Origin: Lama guanicoe
Lineage: Eukaryota
Direction of reading: 5' to 3'
Assembly (NCBI GenBank): GCA_013239625.1
Contig: MU053431.1
Coordinates: forward strand, 682,001-746,000
DNA length: 64,000 nucleotides
In this document: positions 60,004 through 64,000 of the stretch, in pieces
Position numbering within the stretch: position 1 is the first letter of the stretch
Layout: each line of letters opens with the position of its first letter
Made by a program: the position numbers and the translations under genes
Notes under the pieces: model-generated
What the model saw: the letters and a program-made list of their open reading frames with translations, nothing else
Database searches by the model: none
What the model was told of the DNA's origin: nothing

Positions 60004-63000
60004 TAGGCGAGGGCGAGAGCCCGGTCCAGGACGGAAGGGAAAGACAAAGAGGGCAGAGAGGACCGCACGAGAGGAACGGCCCATCCTTGCTGACCACGCC
60101 AGTCCTGCTCTGAGTCCTGAGACGTTTTCTCTCACACATGGGACCACGCATCCCTGGGGGCTGCCTTATTCCGGGGAAACCGTACAGCCTTGGTTTCAGA
60201 GACAGAATGTGCACCTGCCTTCCCACAAGTTACGGTCTCGGTAACCAGCCAACACAAGTTCTGCTCACGAGTTAAGGATGTGTTTCCATGGTGACCTTCT
60301 GGCAATTAACTCCTTGGAAGATATCCAAGACCGGCCAGCATTCTCCAGAATTTGGCACCCCAGGGGTCCAGCCCGCCCAGGGCCACTCGTTTTGGAAAAT
60401 TAACCTGTGCGTTCAGGCTGCGGGAAGACGTTTGTTCCCCGACACCGCGCTTTCCCCAGGATCCCGCAGAAGAACCGGCCAGTCTGGGTCCTGTGCGCTT
60501 TGTCAGCGGGCTCAGGTCCACTGTGAGCACCTGGAGGCAGATGCGGAGAGAGGGAGGGGAGGGGCCGGTGCCTCAACTTTCATCCTCGTTGGCCTGGCTT
60601 CGGAAAGGACAGGCGGCTCATGCTAGCAGGCTGTGGAAAGGAGTGTGCGTGCGGGTGGGGGCTGAAGGCGGGCAGTCTTTGCACCATGTGTTCTTGGATG
60701 TTTCTTGCCAACATGTTGAAATTTATTACTTAGCTTCTTTACGCTTGAGGCAAAACACGCAGGACAATGATAGTGCGTCATGGAAACAATGGTGACACAT
60801 TCTAAAGAGCCATAATCACCTGGTGGCTTGGAAAGGGACCTGCACACAATTAATACTGAAATTTGGTAAGTGCCCGATCTGAGGAAACAGGTACTTTATC
60901 AGGTAAGGAAATTGTAGGGGGTGCGCCATCATTTGCACTGTACATGGCGTCTTCTGCACGGAAGAGAATTCCCCTGTGGATCAAACGCACGGAGCAGGGA
61001 TTTTAAAACAGTGCCGTGTACAAATCACACTGTCTCAGCTCTCTGCCCCCGTTCCAGGGCGATGCTGGAAAGGATTCTGCAGACTCGGCTGTGCTCGAGG
61101 AAACAGGCCTGTTTGCAGCTCAGGCTGTCCAGCCACTGCAGAGAGCTGCGCACCACGAGATAAGGAAATTCAGCTCTCCGCAAGGTCTGGCACACGCTGC
61201 ATCTGCAGAGAAATCAGGCTGGACCCAACCGCGCAGAGCAAGTGAGCTAGCAAAATTCGGAGACGTGGACATGGGTGTGGGCAGACATTGCCCTGCTTCG
61301 TGCACTTGGGGAAGTGTCCAGGTGGCCAGGACGCCTGGAATTGGGACTGTGGCTGCGCCCAGACCATCTCCTCCACCCTCCATGCCGCCACTGATTTGCT
61401 CTGAATCTTAACGAGTTTTGTAATTTCCTGAGCCCCGATCTCCTTGTCCCCATGGATAGCTGTGTCCTGGGGTTGAAGATGAAATGAAGTTAGAAAGTGG
61501 CTGGCACACAGTAGGCTCGGTAAAAACCAGCTCTGATTCTCTGCCGTCCTGCTGGTGCCTAGAATCCCAGACCCTGTCAAGCATTCAGGTCCTCGTGGAA
61601 TGAAGCAGAAATGAAATGAACGGTTCACCTTGAGCCATCGTAGTACGCGTTCCACGTGAGTTAACCTTCCATCACCAAAGGACAGTGACGCGCCCCAGCC
61701 GTTCAGACGACCTGGGATCCCGTTCCCGAGAGGAGCCTGCAAATGAGGCCCCAGGGTATCCACGAGAGAGCCTTAAACGTGCACACGTGGACCTACAAAC
61801 CTTTAGGAGAATTAATTTCTCTGAGTCCGTGAATTCTTCAAAAGGATGGGAAGGGAAGTCCCAGCTTGGCAGCTCTGAGACCCTTCCCAGGGCCAGGGTG
61901 TCTGGGGTCCCAGCAGGGAGCCGCCTCCGTGTCTGCAGCACCCGCGGACCCCAGCTCGTTCCGCTGCTCTCTGGTCCCCTCCCAGCAATACAAGTTACTC
62001 CAACATCACCCTCCCCCTCGATGGAAAGCAGCTGTTTTATTTCTGATTGACTCTTTCTTTGAGCAAATCCTCCAGAATCAAGTTACTTGAAGGGTAATTG
62101 TTCCTGACGAACATCTTGCTTTTCCCTCCGTGCAGCTGCGGTTGTTCGGTCTCGGTCCCACCATTGACTGACTGGCGTGTTTACTGCTTGACTCTGCCCC
62201 CTCCTTTCACTGTGGGTCCGTGTTGTCTGGTTCTCTCAGTCGAGGGAGGTTGTGTTCTGTAAGTTTTAGGGAGAGTTACGTTTCGCTTTCCTGTGTTCCT
62301 CATATATAGGGTAAGAAATGTTTAATCTCAACCACTTTAAAATTGAGTGTCTCAATACAGCATCCTCAGACTTTGACACGAGCCCATTAACTGACAAGAT
62401 CTAAGTTTCAGGGCGAAGCTGACCAGTCTCGGACGTGCAGGCATCACCTCTACAAAGTCTGGAAACGTGTGTCACTCAGTTGCATGGACTCCCCTTTAGG
62501 TATTAGATTTCCTACTCACATGCATATTTAGTCCATCACCAAAAATGGCTAGGAGGTAGCCACGGTCCTCCCGGAGCTGTGCAGGGGCAGACGTTCCGTA
62601 ATCTCACGTGAGTGGCAGTAACTCCCGGGCTTCCCCCGGGTTTTGGACGTCGAGGGCATCCTTGTGAGGAGCCAGGGCACACGTCCTAACAGAGCCAGGA
62701 GGCCTGGGATCAGGGCAGGAGTGAGGAACAGGGCGGAAAGGGGGCACCGGGGTGCCAGTCTTCCTGCCCCACGACTGCAGACCCCCGCGTCCCGGGCGGG
62801 GTTATTCTGGAGGCATCAGACCATCAGCTGCCCCACCACAGTTCTGTCTTGGAGAACGTGCCCCACCCAACCCTGAAGGGCCACCCACACCACACTGAAC
62901 CCTCAGTCCCACCACAGGTGACAGGCCCAGGGGTTCAGACACGGTGCTTGTATGGGTAGAAGGACGCTGAATGCCAGAGGGACGTGGGGTGGGGGCACTG

Positions 63001-63489
63001 AAAGAGGCAAAGAGAGAAAGAGGGGACAGAACAGAAAGGAGAGGTGGTGAGCCCTTGAGAGACAGGGAGATGGCCACATCTCCTGACCCCTCAGGTTCTG
63101 CTTTGAGCCTGGGGTCCAGCCATGCGTCACCTGTACGGTACTCGTGGTTCACTGTCACCACCACTGTGTGTCCTCTGAACCATCAAAGGCTCAAAGTAAA
63201 ACCCCCGTGAGAGTCTGGTTCAGCACGTATGCCCAGGACACGGCTGCAGGCCGGGGCCGAGTGGCTCCCAGAAGAAACGAGGAGCGAGCTCAAGAAAGGG
63301 TCAGCACGTCAACTAGGCGCCCGCAGCGAGGTGGCCGGTGGCACAGGTCAGAGTGACCAGTGGAACTACAGTGAGACATGCAGGTAAACACAGTAAAGGA
63401 AAAACGTTCCTTAGTTGACAGTAGAATAAAAAGCGTTTGATAGAACCAGTGGCGTAATTATGAAGCTGTGACCCCCCGCGTTTTGAACA

Positions 63490-63528
63490 GCGGACATGGG
63501 GAAGGTTTTGAACCTTCCCCATGTCCGC
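63490..63528. repeat. Perfect inverted repeat, 18-bp arms with 3-nt loop
   Basis: GCGGACATGGGGAAGGTT-TTG-AACCTTCCCCATGTCCGC. Confidence 0.97.
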
Positions 63529-63589
63529 CCGCAGAGGAGCCACTGGGGTTTATGCAGGGCACGCTGACCCACCCAGGGTCTGAGCGTGA

Positions 63590-64000
63590 ATATTAGTCTT
63601 CCACAAGAGGAATCGGAGCTCCTCAGAGAGCAATTGATCTGAGACTCTGCAGAAGAATAAAGTCAAGATGATCCTGGAACATCCTGCTGAAAGAATTCTT
63701 TCTACAGTGTTTGGGAATCATATCAAAAGGACAAAAGAAGCTGACCCAGGAGGCTCCCAGCAGACGCCCTGGGACAATGTGAGCATCACCAAGAAAGGGG
63801 TGATTACCAGTACCCAGAACTAAGTCAACTCAGTGAAAAACCACAGACCTCGACTGATGCTCAAAACAGGGAAAGCTCGTATCAAGCTTGCAAAGTTTCT
63901 GTGAAAGGGTGGCGGCGGCTGGAGACGAGCTGGTGCGAGACTGTAAGCCTGCAGGTTCCTTGCTGGTTGATGGGAGAAAATCCACATGCTGCAGGGACCC
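63590..64000 (+). mobile_element. L1MC4/5-like 3'UTR fragment, runs off the window
   Basis: GAGGAATCGGAGCTCCTCAGAGA...CAAGATGATCCTGGAACATCCTG...ATCAAAAGGACAAAAGAAGCTGACC...GAGGCTCCCAG...GGGACAATGTGAGCA. Confidence 0.6.

Noticed and set aside
1-64000. CRISPR array, operon or other prokaryotic system; naming of a host gene
   Set aside because: The sequence is clearly mammalian with no repeat-spacer array, and no exon was recognised, so no gene symbol is assigned.

Overview
Mammalian non-coding DNA, most likely camelid (camel/alpaca/llama), judged from two tRNA-derived SINEs resembling the camelid Vic-1 family, one carrying the CTAATTACCTCCCCC tail. It is GC- and CpG-rich, and I recognise no protein-coding exon; the ORF track is GC-rich noise or decayed LINE sequence. 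The window reads as a gene desert or large intron. It holds old eutherian repeats (a near-full-length L1MC-type LINE at 9.2-14.5 kb, other L1, L2 and MIR fragments, MLT1/MLT2 LTRs, hAT MITEs), an ERV1-type solo LTR, and a twin-primed 5'-inverted L1 with target-site duplication. Between the repeats lie AT-rich patches dense in homeodomain/POU/SOX/FOX motifs that look like developmental enhancers. The least explained structures are a ~0.5-kb inverted duplication (6185-6661 / 7849-8404) with 30-34-bp perfectly identical blocks and a perfect 18-bp-stem hairpin at 63490-63528. I cannot claim a new biological system; these two are the best leads. Repeat subfamily names come from recalled consensus sequences, and boundaries are approximate.
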